Notes under the pieces: model-generated
The model's input: only the letters and a program-made list of their open reading frames with translations
Database searches by the model: none
What the model was told of the DNA's origin: nothing
Shown here: positions 33,500 through 45,944 of the stretch, one piece after another
Layout of the letters: each line of letters starts with the position of its first letter
Position numbering within the stretch: position 1 is the first letter of the stretch
NCBI RefSeq assembly: GCF_006345805.1
Contig: NW_021836179.1
Span: 186,001-250,000 of the forward strand
Origin: Octopus sinensis
Lineage: Eukaryota
Reading direction: 5' to 3'
DNA length: 64,000 bases
Position numbers and translations under genes: made by a program

Positions 33500-34118
33500 A
33501 TAAGACGTTGCACAGGCGGTGTTGCTGATATTTTGTTCCCTCTTTTGAATTATACCGGAGACAGAAGTTAATAGTCCTTATCAGAAGTTATTACATTCAC
33601 AAAACGCCTATCTTCAGATAGGCGTAAACAAAGTCACGTGTGTACGTATACCGAAGGATCACCATTGCTTCTCCTAGCTTTGGTAAAATCCCGGTGAATT
33701 ATAATGAATTATAACAAATGAAATAATTCGGACAAAACGAAAGAAGTTTTTAGACATCAATTCATATTTGTCAGTATTAAATCAACGTTTCCCTTTGTGA
33801 ATCGTTATCTCACTAGGAAAAACTTATTAAAACAATAAAGATATATTTAATATATATTTAAGCAAAGAGTAAATGAGATACGCTACTAAATACACAAATA
33901 TATTTGAGGTGGGGAAAAAGTAATTGAAGACATGCAATGACGAGATACGAATTGATGTCTGAAGAATAAGAAGCCAAACGAAAGTGGATGTCGCAGAATT
34001 TTTGGAATTGGAAAGAAAGGTTTGGAAATCCTAATCTAAGGACGAGAGAGAAACCCGTTTTGCAGTTTGGTCGACGCACTGGTTCACTGCTGAGAAACGG
34101 GGACAAACAACGGTAAGT
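33500..34118 (+). promoter_or_regulatory. Putative promoter and exon 1 of ZNF-6
   Basis: CpG-enriched; GTAAACAAAGTCACGTG motif (33624); donor ACG|GTAAGT at 34113; matching acceptor at 36513-36514. Confidence 0.5.
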
Positions 34119-34364
34119 CGACGAAGATTTACCTGAATAATAATAAATCTGTAATTACGTTTGTGAATAATAGAATTGTTATTACGTGGAACCCTTTCGA
34201 CAATTCAGTAATTCTATGCAAGGGAAAACACGTATCAACATTGGAAGGAAGAGATTTGCTCCTGTAAAAGTCGTCGTTTTGGCTGACCATGGGCCGACAG
34301 GAAAATACTTCCAAACTGAAATATTGATCTGTTATTTTCGAAACGACACGCTCCACTATTTGTG

Positions 34365-34735
34365 GAGGCACTCCGTCGGTTACGACGACGAAGGTTCCGG
34401 TTGATCCGAATCAACGGAACAGCCTGCTCGTGAAATTAACGTGTAAGTGGCTGAGCACTCCACAGACACGTGTACCCTTAACGTAGTTCTCGGGGATATT
34501 CAGCGTGACACAGAGAGTGACAAGGCCGGCTCTTTTGAAATACAGGTACAACAGAAACAGGAAGTAAGAGTGAGAGAAAGTTGTGGTGAAAGAGTACAGC
34601 AGGGATCGTCACCACCCCCTGCCGGAGCCTCGTGGAGCTTTAGGTGTTTTCGCTTAATAAACACTCACAACGCCCGGTCTGGGAATCGAAACCGCGAGTC
34701 CGCTGCCCTAACCACTGGGCCATTGCGCCTCCGCT
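34365..34735 (-). mobile_element. tRNA-derived SINE
   Basis: Minus-strand head GGAGGCGCAATGGCCCAGTGGTTAGGGCAGCGGACTC; 3' end CGTCGTAACCGACGGAGTGCC. Confidence 0.8.
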
Positions 34736-34764
34736 CCACTATTACGTGTGATATATAAGGTAAA

Positions 34765-36335
34765 GTAACGCTGTGAGCTAGCAGAAACGTTAGCACGCCG
34801 GGCGAAATGCTTTGCGGTATTTCGCCTGCGTTACGTTGTGAGTTCGAATTCCGCCGAGGTCGACTGTTCCTTTCATCCTTTCGGGGTCGATAAATTAAGT
34901 ACCAATTACGCACTGGGGTCGATGTAATCGACTTAATACCTATGTCTGTCCTTGTTTGTCCCCTCTGTGTTTAGCCCCTTGTGGGTAATAAAGAAATAGG
35001 TTTTTCGCCTGCCGTTATGTTCTGAGTTCAAATTCCGCCGAGGTTGAAAATTTAATTTCCTCATGCAGTCGAAGAAGTCAAAGTGTGATTGAAGCTAAAG
35101 GACTTCACATTAAATATTAAATAATTCCAGTATTCACTGTCATTTTTGATTATTTTGTTATTTTTTCAACCGTTCTGATCATTTTGCACTAAATCATCCA
35201 TAACTTTTGTATTATCCTCTCAAATTACACCCAAATCTCAGACAATAACAATTAATATTGTATTTATTGTCTGTGAAAATTATAGAATATAAAACAATTT
35301 TGATAAAAACTTATACCTACTTTTCTGACGAAAACAATGCCGTTCTGAACATTTTGGCTGCAACTGTATATATATATATATATACATATGATGGGCTCCT
35401 TTCAGTTTCTGTCAACCAAATCCACTCTCAAAGCTTTGGTCAGCCTGAGGCTATAGTAGAAGATATTTGCCCTAGGTGCAACGCAGTGGGACTGAACCCG
35501 GGACCATGTTGTTGGCAAGCAAGCTACTTACCACACAACTGCTCCTGTGCCTATGTTAGTTTTAATTTTTGTCTTTAAGATATTTCTGTATGTATATTTT
35601 GTAATAATTGTAATGAACTATAGTTCATCATCATCGTTTAACGTCCATTTTCCATGCTAGCATGGGTTGGACGGTTCATCTGGGGTCTGGACAGTTCATA
35701 AGGCGGCGAGCTTGCAGAATCGTTAGCACGTCGGGCGAAATGCTTAGCGGTATTTCGTCTACTGTTACGTTGTGAGTTCAAATTCCGCTGAGGTCGACTT
35801 TGCCTTTCATCCTTTCGGGGTCGATAAATTAAGTACCAGTTATGCACTGGGGTCGATGTAATCGACTTAATACCTATGTCTGTCCATGTTTGTCCCCTCT
35901 ATGTTCAGCCCCTTGTGGGTAATAAAGAAATAGGTTCATCTGGGGTCTGGGAAGCCAGGGGCTGCGCCAGGCTCCAGTCTGATCTGGCAGTGTTTCTACA
36001 GCTGGATGCCCTTCCTAACGCCAACCTCGCCATGAGTGTAGTGGGTGCTTTTTATGTGCCACCTGCACAGGTGCCAGATGAGGCTGGCAAACGGTCACGA
36101 TCAGATCGTGCTTTTTTTTACAGAATATACACATCAAAGTATCTTTATGGCCGCCATATGAAGCGTTAAAGAGCTGTATGTGTTGAGAAACATGGGTTAA
36201 CAATAAGCCACGGTGAAAGCCATAATATGGTCTCTTCATCTCAAAGAAAAAGTCACGGGGTCGATTTGCTCGACTAAAGGCGGTGCTCCAGCATGGCCGC
36301 AGTCAAATGACTGAAACAAGTAAAAGAGTAAAAGA
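34765..36335. mobile_element. Nested SINE pile in the ZNF-6 intron
   Basis: Nin SINEs at 34765-35040 and 35700-35932, the latter inserted in an RTE-tailed SINE and flanked by a duplicated GGTTCATCTGGGGTCTGG; (TA)n SINE pieces. Confidence 0.8.
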
Positions 36336-37095
36336 ATAGATATACATATAGGCATGCATGGATACACACAATTTGAAGCTGTATCTATAGTTTACAAATT
36401 TTTACATTTCACCCAATGTTATATGATGTCATTTGTTAATTAATAAACAAATGTTGTAACATTTCTCTTTTGATCTCTCCTCTCTATCTAAATACTGTTT
36501 CTTTATTATTTCAGATTCACAGATGACATTGGCACAAAACATCTTTTGTACATTGGATACATCTGGAATATCTATCATGTCTTAAAGACTAAAGGAAAAT
36601 GTCTTAACGAACGAATATAATAACCCAACTGCTATAAATCCAGGATTGAATTACTGTGAAATATTTGCTCTGAGCAACAATTCATAGCAACATATCTCCA
36701 TCTCCTTACCTGTTGCTTTTGCATTCTAATTAAACTTGAATATATTTCTAAAGGGGTTTGCAGCATCTTTAGATATTGATAATGATCACAGTTGATAGCA
36801 GTAGAAATATTTCTGAGGAATAAATTATTACAAAAGAACAAGAAAAAGGAAATTATATGATTTGGTCAGAGAAGAAAGATAAAGGAAAAATTTAATACTG
36901 TGAGAAACTTCAATGGTTGGATTGCTATGAAATATCTGCTCTCACCTGAGATTCATAGCAACATTTCTCCATCTCATTACCTGGTGCTTTGGCATTCTAA
37001 TTAAACATATTTTTAAAGGTGTTTGCAGCATCTTTAGGTATCAGTGAAGATCACAGTTGACAGCAGTGGATTGGGTTTTTGTGTTCTTTGAAGAG

Positions 37096-37875
37096 ATGTC
37101 GAAAAAGTTATGCAAGACATCATATCACTGTGAAATTTGTGGTAAATTATTCTCAAGAGATATTGACTTAACTAGACACATACGTATTCATACAGGAGAG
37201 AGACCGTTTCACTGTGAGGTCTGTGGTAAATCTTTCTCTCGAAGCAGTGTATTGACTATACACAAACGTATTCATACAGGAGAGAAACCATATCATTGCG
37301 ATATCTGTGATAAAGCATTCTCTGAAAATGCTAACTTAAGTAGACACAAGCGCATTCATTCAGGAGAGAAACCATATCAGTGTGATATCTGTGGTAAATC
37401 TTTCTGTCGAAGCAGTGACTTAACTTCACACAAACCTATTCATACCGGAGAGAAATCATTTCACTGTGATATCTGTGGTAAATCATTCTCTCAAAACAGT
37501 GTTTTAATTAACCACAAACGTATTCATACAGGGAAGAAGCCATATCACTGTGTTATCTGTAGTAAATTATTCTCTGGAAATAGTGACTTAACTAAACACA
37601 TACGTATGCATACAGGAGAGAAACCATTTCACTGTGATATCTGTGGTAAATCATTCTCAGAAAATAGTGTTTTAACTAAACACAAGCGTACTCACACAGG
37701 GGAGAAACCTTATCACTGTGATGTATGTAGTAAATCATTCTCTCAAAGTCCTAACTTAACTAAACACAAACGTATTCATACAGGAGAGAAACCATTTCAC
37801 TGTGCTATCTGTGGTAAATCATTTGCTCAAAAATGTAACTTAACTACACATATATCTATCCATACAAAAGTTTGA
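37096..37875 (+). CDS. C2H2 zinc-finger protein, 9 fingers (ZNF-6)
   Basis: ATG at 37096 (MSKKL), nine fingers, C-terminus HISIHTKV*. The ORF track start at 37057 is a non-ATG codon. Confidence 0.95.
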   Translation: MSKKLCKTSYHCEICGKLFSRDIDLTRHIRIHTGERPFHCEVCGKSFSRSSVLTIHKRIHTGEKPYHCDICDKAFSENANLSRHKRIHSGEKPYQCDICGKSFCRSSDLTSHKPIHTGEKSFHCDICGKSFSQNSVLINHKRIHTGKKPYHCVICSKLFSGNSDLTKHIRMHTGEKPFHCDICGKSFSENSVLTKHKRTHTGEKPYHCDVCSKSFSQSPNLTKHKRIHTGEKPFHCAICGKSFAQKCNLTTHISIHTKV

Positions 37876-38104
37876 CTGTGTCACTGCTAAAGTTCAGTAT
37901 GCATTCAATGCCAGCCCCTCTCGCCCCTGTGCCGGTGGCATGTAAAAAGCACCTACTACACTCTCAGAGTGGTTGGTGTTTAGGAGGGGCATCATGCTGT
38001 AGAGACACTGCTAGATCAGATTAGGGCCTGGAGCAGCCTCCTGGCTCCTCAGACCCCAGTCGAACTGTCCAACCCATGCCAGCATGGAAAACAGATGTTA
38101 AACA

Positions 38105-38141
<37 letters not shown>

Positions 38142-38258
38142 CAGCATCAAAATTTTATAACAGCATTTCCCTTCTAAACTATGTATTAGCTTTTGTGGAT
38201 TTAACTATAATCACACAGCGATAATCATACTCATGATCAAGAGAGAGAGAGAGGTGGG

Positions 38259-38301
<43 letters not shown>

Positions 38302-38469
38302 AGAGACAGAGAGAAAGGAGAGGATAAGTGAAAACAAAAACAATACACAAAGCAAGTGTGTGCAATAAACATTGAGGATTGTCAAATTTGAAGACCAACA
38401 ATACACAACAAACTAGGCTGATTGTTATGTGTGTGTGTGTGTGTGTGTGTGCATGTATGTATGTATTAA

Positions 38470-39274
38470 TGTATACTCTTTTACTCTTTTACTTGTTTCA
38501 GTCATTTGACTGCGGCCATGCTGGAGCACCGCCTTTAGTCGAGCAACTCGATCCCGGGACTTATTCTTTTGTAAGCCCAGTACTCATTCTATCGGTCTCT
38601 TTTGCCAAACCGCTAAGTGACGGGGACGTAAACACACCAGCATCGGTTGTCAAGCAATGCTAGGGAGACAAACACAGACACATATATATACATATATATA
38701 CGACGGGCTTCTTTCAGTTTCCGTCTACCAAATCCACTCACAAGGCATTGGTCGGCCCGGGGCTATAGCAGAAGACACTTGCCCAAGATGCCACGCAGTG
38801 GGACTGAACCCGGAACCATGTGGTTGGTTAGCAAGCTACTTACCACACAGCCACTAAATGCAAAGGATTTTGTGGTACATATGTTTCTGGCTTTATTGAG
38901 CAATTTATATCAATGTATAATTGATATAATTGATTATGCATTGATATAAATTGCTCAATAATGCCAGAAACATATGTACCACAAAATCCTTTGCATCCTG
39001 TTTTTTCTTTTGATAAATATATCCTATCACCTACACCACTAGCTGGCATATACAGGTGCTTACAGTTATCAAGTATTCACCCTGAATTTTTTGTACCTAT
39101 ATAGGCGCAGGAGTGGCTGTGTGGTAAGTAGCTTGCTAACCAACCACATAGTTCCAGGTTCAGTCCCACTGCGTGGCATCTTGGGCTGGTGTCTTCTGCT
39201 ATAGCCCCGGGCCGACCAATGCCTTGTGAGTGGATTTGGTAGACGGAAACTGAAAGAAGCCCGTCATATATATG

Positions 39275-39346
<72 letters not shown>

Positions 39347-39555
39347 TGTGTTTGTGTGTCTGTGTTTGTCCCCCTAGCATTGCTTGACAACCGATGCTGG
39401 TGTCTTTACGTCCCCGTCACTTAGTGGTTCGGCAACAGAGACCGATAGAATAAGTACTGGGATTACAAAGAATAGGTCCCGGGGTCGATTTGCTTGACTA
39501 AAGGCGGTGCCCCAGCATGGCCGCAGTCAAATGACTGAAACAAGTAAAAGAGTAT
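38470..39555. mobile_element. Inverted pair of (TA)n-core SINEs (38470-38855 -, 39100-39555 +)
   Basis: Full consensus in opposite orientations. Confidence 0.88.
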
Positions 39556-39911
39556 ACTTAAATGCATAGCTAAGTTTCAGCTAGAACCACCCTGGGACAT
39601 GGTTAATGTAGAGACCCCATTTGGAAACAAGAATCAATGATGTTTCACATTACAGTTGTTCTGGGGGCACCATAACCCATTTGAGTAAAGGGTTATTGTC
39701 TGCAGTGATAGATCTGGGTGTATAGGGTGGAACTGAAATTTGTTGGAGATATTCACCCAGGAACCATTTCGATATCATAATTTGTTTCTTCTTCTTCTCC
39801 TATGTGTCTTGGCATGATGTTAAAGAGAGGACGGTTGGCATAAGGACCAAGCTGATGCTGTTGGTGGTGACCCAGCAGGGTCATGAAGTTGATGGCGAAA
39901 AACTTAAAACA

Positions 39912-41486
39912 TTAACCCCTTACCCAACAATTATTTTGAAAATAAATGTATTTTTTCAGACATATTTTTTAATTGTTTTATTTCACTATGTTTTGAATGG
40001 TGATTTCGAGGTATATTTCAAACCTTATGTCAAAAAAGAGTTTATAATAGACGAAGGAACTTGTTAAGGTATATTTCAAACTTATGTCAAAAAAGAGTTT
40101 ATAATAGACGAAGGAACTTGTTAAGGTATATTTCAAACTTATGTCAAAAAAGAGTTTATAATAGACGAAGGAACTTGTTAAGGTATATTTCAAATTTATG
40201 TCAAAAAAGAGTTTATAATAGACGAAGGAACTTGTTAAGGTATATTTCAAACTTATGTCAAAAAAGAGTTTATAATAGACGAAGGAACTCGTTAAGGTAT
40301 ATTTCAAACTTACGTCAAAAAAGAGTTTATAATATACGAAGGAACTCGTTAAGGTATATTTCAAACTTATGTCAAAAAAGACTTTATAATAGACAAAGGA
40401 ACTTGTTAAGGTATATTTCAAACTTATGTCAAAAAAGACTTTATAATATACGAGGAACTCGTTAAGGTATATTTCAAACTTACGTCAAAAAAGAGTTTAT
40501 AATATACGAAGGAACTCGTTAAGGTATATTTCAAACTTATGTCAAAAAAGAGTTTATAATAGACGAAGGAACTCGTTAAGGTATATTTCAAACTTATGTC
40601 AAAAAAGAGTTTATAATAGACGAAGGAACTCGTTAAGGTATATTTCAAACTTATGTCAAAAAAGAGTTTATAATATACGAAGGAACTCGTTAAGGTATAT
40701 TTCAAACTTATGTCAAAAAAGAGTTTATAATAGACGAAGGAACTTGTTAAGGTATATTTCAAATTTATGTCAAAAAAGAGTTTATAATAGACGAAGGAAC
40801 TCGTTAAGGTATATTTCAAACTTATGTCAAAAAAGAGTTTATAATAGACAAAGGAACTTGTTAAGGTATATTTCAAATTTATGTCAAAAAAGAGTTTATA
40901 ATAGACGAAGGAACTCGTTAAGGTATATTTCAAACTTATGTCAAAAAAGAGTTTATAATAGACAAAGGAACTTGTTAAGGTATATTTCAAACTTATGTCA
41001 AAAAAGAGTTTATAATAGACGAAGGAACTCGTTAAGGTATATTTCAAACTTATGTCAAAAAAGAGTTTATAATAGACGAAGGAACTTGTTAAGGTATATT
41101 TCAAATTTATGTCAAAAAAGAGTTTATAATAGACAAAGGAACTTGTTAAGGTATATTTCAAACTTATGTCAAAAAAGAGTTTATAATAGACGAAGGAACT
41201 CGTTAAGGTATATTTCAAACTTATGTCAAAAAAGAGTTTATAATAGACGAAGTAACTCGTTAAGGTATATTTCAAACCTTATGTCAAAAAAGAGTTTATT
41301 ATAGAGGAAGGAACTCGTTAAGGTATATTTCAAACCTTATGTCAAAAAAGAGTTTATAATAGACGAAGGAACTCGTTTGCTGTCGATTTTGGCGAGTCTA
41401 TCTTTTGACGAGTTAACTCGCCAGAGATAGAAAAAAACGATTTCGGTCAAAACGCATATATTCGTTTCTGCCGGGTAAGGGGTTAA
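39912..41486. mobile_element. piggyBac-type non-autonomous element with an internal tandem array
   Basis: TTAA-CCCCTTACCC ... GGGTAAGGGG-TTAA (TTAA target duplication and 10-bp TIR). Confidence 0.8.
40011..41377. repeat. Minisatellite, ~24 copies of a 57-bp unit
   Basis: GTATATTTCAAACTTATGTCAAAAAAGAGTTTATAATAGACGAAGGAACT(T/C)GTTAAG, head-to-tail with no spacers. Confidence 0.97.
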
Positions 41487-42049
41487 ATGATACGCATTCT
41501 GATAGAAAAGACGCACATCTTTGTTGTTTCAATTTTTTTATTCCGGGGACAAGAAAAGGAGATAAAACAAAACAATTAGTTGGAGAGAATATTTAACAAA
41601 TAAACAATTATGTTTTTAATAAATGACAATTCAAACTAATGTATAACATGATGGTGATGGTTTTTGTGGTGGCGGTGGTGGTGGGGATGTGAATACTTGC
41701 ATTTTGGGGACCAATGTGTAAACAAAACCCTTGAGTTGTTGAGTAAATGTAAATGAATGCTTTATCAGTTGGAAACAACTGGAATTATTTCAAAATGGAT
41801 TTTGAGATCTTAAGAGGGAGGAAGTGAAAATCAAATCCAAATAACAACAGGAGTGTCTTTGTGATAAGAGGCTTGCTTCCCAACTACATGGTTCCAGGTT
41901 CAGTCCCACTGGGTGGCACCTTAAGCAAGTGTCATCTACTATAACCAAAGCTTTGTGAGTGGCTTTGGTAGACAGACACAGAAAGAAGTCCATCCTGAAT
42001 ATATGAGTGTGTGTTTGTGTATATATGTATATACATATATATATGTATG

Positions 42050-42092
<43 letters not shown>

Positions 42093-42162
42093 TGATAAAT
42101 ATATGAGTGCAATTATGAAGGTGTTTAATCTGTTCTAGTGCATGTGTGTGTGTGTATGTATG

Positions 42163-42232
<70 letters not shown>

Positions 42233-42438
42233 TATAGATAGATAGATAGGTAGATAGATAGATAGATAGATAGATAGATATAGAGTTAAACGTGGGTATT
42301 GTTCAAATTCTTTTACTTCCTGGTACCTGTTTATGTATTTTTTCCGTGTTAATTGTTAACAAGGAAAAATACTCATTCATTTATATATATATATATCATC
42401 ATCATCGATTAACGTCTGCTCTCCATGCTAGCATGGGT

Positions 42439-42491
<53 letters not shown>

Positions 42492-45400
42492 TGTGCATCT
42501 GTGACTGTCCACCCTCACCATCGTTTGAGAACCAGTGTTGCTGTGTTTACACCCCTATAACTTGGCAGTTCAGCAAAAAAGACCAATAGAAAAACTACTA
42601 AGCTTACAAAGAGTAAGTCCTCGGATCGATTTCTTCTACTAAAGGTGGTGCTCCAGCATGACCACATTCAAATTACTGAAGCAAGTAAAGGAATAAGAGA
42701 ATACATATGTGCACACATACATATAAGTTAGTTCCTGGTAGATTATTTCCAGAGAAACCCAACCTGAGCTCTGGGCTGTTGGATTCCAGACCAATACCAA
42801 AATTCTTCAAGCGTAAGAAATGCCGGTTTCACAACAGTAACACCATAGTTATGTTACTATCATACACAAACATGTATATATATACATACATGTGTATATA
42901 TAAACATGTGAGTGTGTATGTGTATATATATACACACATATATATATATATATACATACGTATATAAAAATAAGCATATCTATATATATGTGTGTATTTA
43001 TGAGAAGGTTGTATGTTATTTCAGGAAAATTTCTTTATTATTTCTAACAAGACTATGGCTATGCTGGAGCACTGCCTTTAATTGAGGAAATCGACCCCAG
43101 GATTTTTTCTTTGTAAGCCTAGTACTTATTCTATCAGTCTCTTTTGCTAAACTGCTAAGCTATGGGGAACATATACACACACATACACATATATATACAA
43201 TGGGCTTCTTTCAGTTTCCATCTACCAAATCTACTTACAAGGCTTTGGTTGGCCCCAGGCTATAGTAGGAGTCACTTGTGCAAGGTGCCACACAGTGGGA
43301 CTGAACCCAGAGCCATGTGGTTGGTAAGCAATCTACTTACTACAGAGCCACTCCCACACCTATACACACATAGAAATGTATATACACACAGACATGTATG
43401 TATGTGTATATCCATCTATATATACATACATACATAAAGATGTATACACACACACACACACACGAGGAGGCAATGCCGACTACTCCCGGATATATTATAA
43501 GTATCCTCTTAACTGTTGCCATATCTTCATTGCTGTTCGAGCGAAGCAGACTCACAGAATATTTCTGAGACAGAAAGACTTCAAGCCAGTATCAAAACCC
43601 AATAACCAGCCCTGGTAAATAATATTCTTCTTCTATTTATTTAACACACAATTTACCACCACATTTACATTGCTAAACATTCATTAGACTTATTTCAAAC
43701 ATAAATATACTGTTATATAGAAATCGTTTTATTTGCACACACCATTTTATAGACTAAACATTGTTTAAACATTTTGCAGTGTCACATCACAAGTAAAACC
43801 TTTCATTTCCAGAATATAAAGTATGGTCGTGTTATAACTATGTCAAAACTATTTGATGGAAATGTTCATCTAAGGATACATCATTTTACGTAGTTTAAAG
43901 TGGATTTCTAAGTCTCAAGTGAAATTTAAAATTTGCAAATTAATTTCATGGCAGATAAATTAATTGGCTGTTTTTCATAAACTTAATATTTTAAAAGCTT
44001 TGTTGAGGGAGAAGGGCCTTGCATACGGCCCTTTCATTTTCCAGGGTCTCTGACAGGGATGAGTGGGAGAAACACATTCTCAAAACAAGGGGCCTAATGT
44101 GAATGCAGACAAAAGAGAAATCCTCTGCTAAAAGCAGCTCAGGGGCCAGCTTTTGGTGATAGATTTAGTCTGCAACATAGGGTGGCCACAATGGGATTTG
44201 AACTCAGTTCATAAAGAACCACATTACCTACTGGAAGGCATCGTGTCCAGTATTTAATTCTACCACCTCAAACTAGTATTTAAATTATTGACCCCTGCAT
44301 AATAAAAGTCAAAGTTGACCATGCCAGAATTTGAACCCAGAACACAAAGTGTCAGTACTAATACCATTCTAACGACTCTACTAATTGAAATGTTTTTAAC
44401 TGATTTTTTGATTTTAATATTAAACTTTGTATATAAATGGAATTGTTCTGGTGATTTCATTTCTATTTTATATCTTGAAGCAAACAAGAAGAATTGTTTA
44501 AATATTAAACAATTTGGTGACAACATATATTTTCTCTCTCAGCACATCTTTATCCTACATCAACATTTTAATGTGCAATGCATTAAATATGTTTTCTCAC
44601 CATCTTCGATATTATTTACCAGATGGATGGCTTCTGAGAATTACTTCACATTGTCTGCATTTATTATAAATTCTTACAAACTAACAACAAAGTCCCTAAA
44701 ATGCCCCTAAAAACATATTCAATCATGACAACTTATGGGAGGGTCATGGTTAGAGAGTTTTTGACTATAGCATTGCTAGACAAGAATTAACTTTCAGTTA
44801 AAAATCAAAAATGGAAATCATAGTTTTAATATATTTTAAACAAATGTATTTCTTTTATTTTAAATATATTTACTGTTTATAAAAATAATTTTAATGTTTC
44901 AATATTTCAACTTTATAAATTGTATTTTGGAATTATAAAAGTTAAACATCCTATTAAATTTAAAAAGATTGTATTTTTAATATATTTTTATAAATTACAT
45001 TTAAATATTGTATTTTTAATAATAATAATCTATGTTATAAATTTGTATATTTCTTCAAGTTAACCAAGAGAATTGTCTAAAAATTAAACAATTCCAAGGT
45101 AACATCAGATATACCAACGAACATGCACCTGTGTATAATGTAATTAATCATTTGTTATTACCTGGCCAAGGTACGACCTGGTTATGTTTCTCTAATGATG
45201 CTCTCTCAAGCAATAATATATTCATAGAAATCAAACAGTTAAACAAGTGAACTTATTCATGTAAAAGGGGTCAGTTGGCAAAGGCATTCACACATTTTAC
45301 TAAATGACTGTTTCCAGTATCTGCTCTGGTGGCCTGAGTTCAATACCTAGTGAGGTCAGCTTTACTTTATATTATGATTGATAAAGAACCAGTCAAGTAC

Positions 45401-45944
45401 TGGAGTGGATTTGTCATCATTGTTGTTCTTCTTCCTCTTCAACCACTTCTTTCTTTCTATGTGCAAGATATTACGAAGGGGTTACACAAGTAGAGAGAAA
45501 GGCTCCTCCAGATTTCAAATCTCTTCAAGTCATTCTATATCTTATGTCATCTGGTTGACCACTTTTGATTTTAAATACAGCCAGAGAGGTCAGATCTTCT
45601 GATGCTGTTTTTCAACTTATTTTCCATCAATGTAGACCCAGAGTTTATTTACATGCCTCCTCTTCATCCATTTCCTCCATCCTTCATCGTTCTTCTCTTT
45701 GTTTATATTATCAAGTCTGCAACAACTGTTGTAGTTGACCCTTCCACTTTTTTCAGCCGTTTAAGGCTCTGGTCTCAAAGACACTCATCTGGTCACTGCC
45801 ACTGTGCTTCTGTTGTTGTTGTTGTTGTCAACACCAGCTCATTGGCCATTCCCAGCATCAGCTCTGCCACTATAAATCCGTATGGAGTCAGGATCCTTTG
45901 GTTTGTGAATCTGTGGTGTATATATATATATATATACACACACA

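Noticed and set aside
40011-41377. CRISPR array, or repeat-protein ORFs (LRYISNLCQKRVYNRRRN / LKYTLTSSFVYYKLFFDIS)
   Set aside because: The units are head-to-tail with no unique spacers, there are no cas genes and the context is eukaryotic. The ORFs arise only because 57 is a multiple of 3; they are open on both strands and broken where a unit loses a base.
43473-43568. 31-aa hydrophobic micropeptide MPTTPGYIISILLTVAISSLLFERSRLTEYF
   Set aside because: Single copy, no homolog in the window and no supported exon structure; expected by chance.
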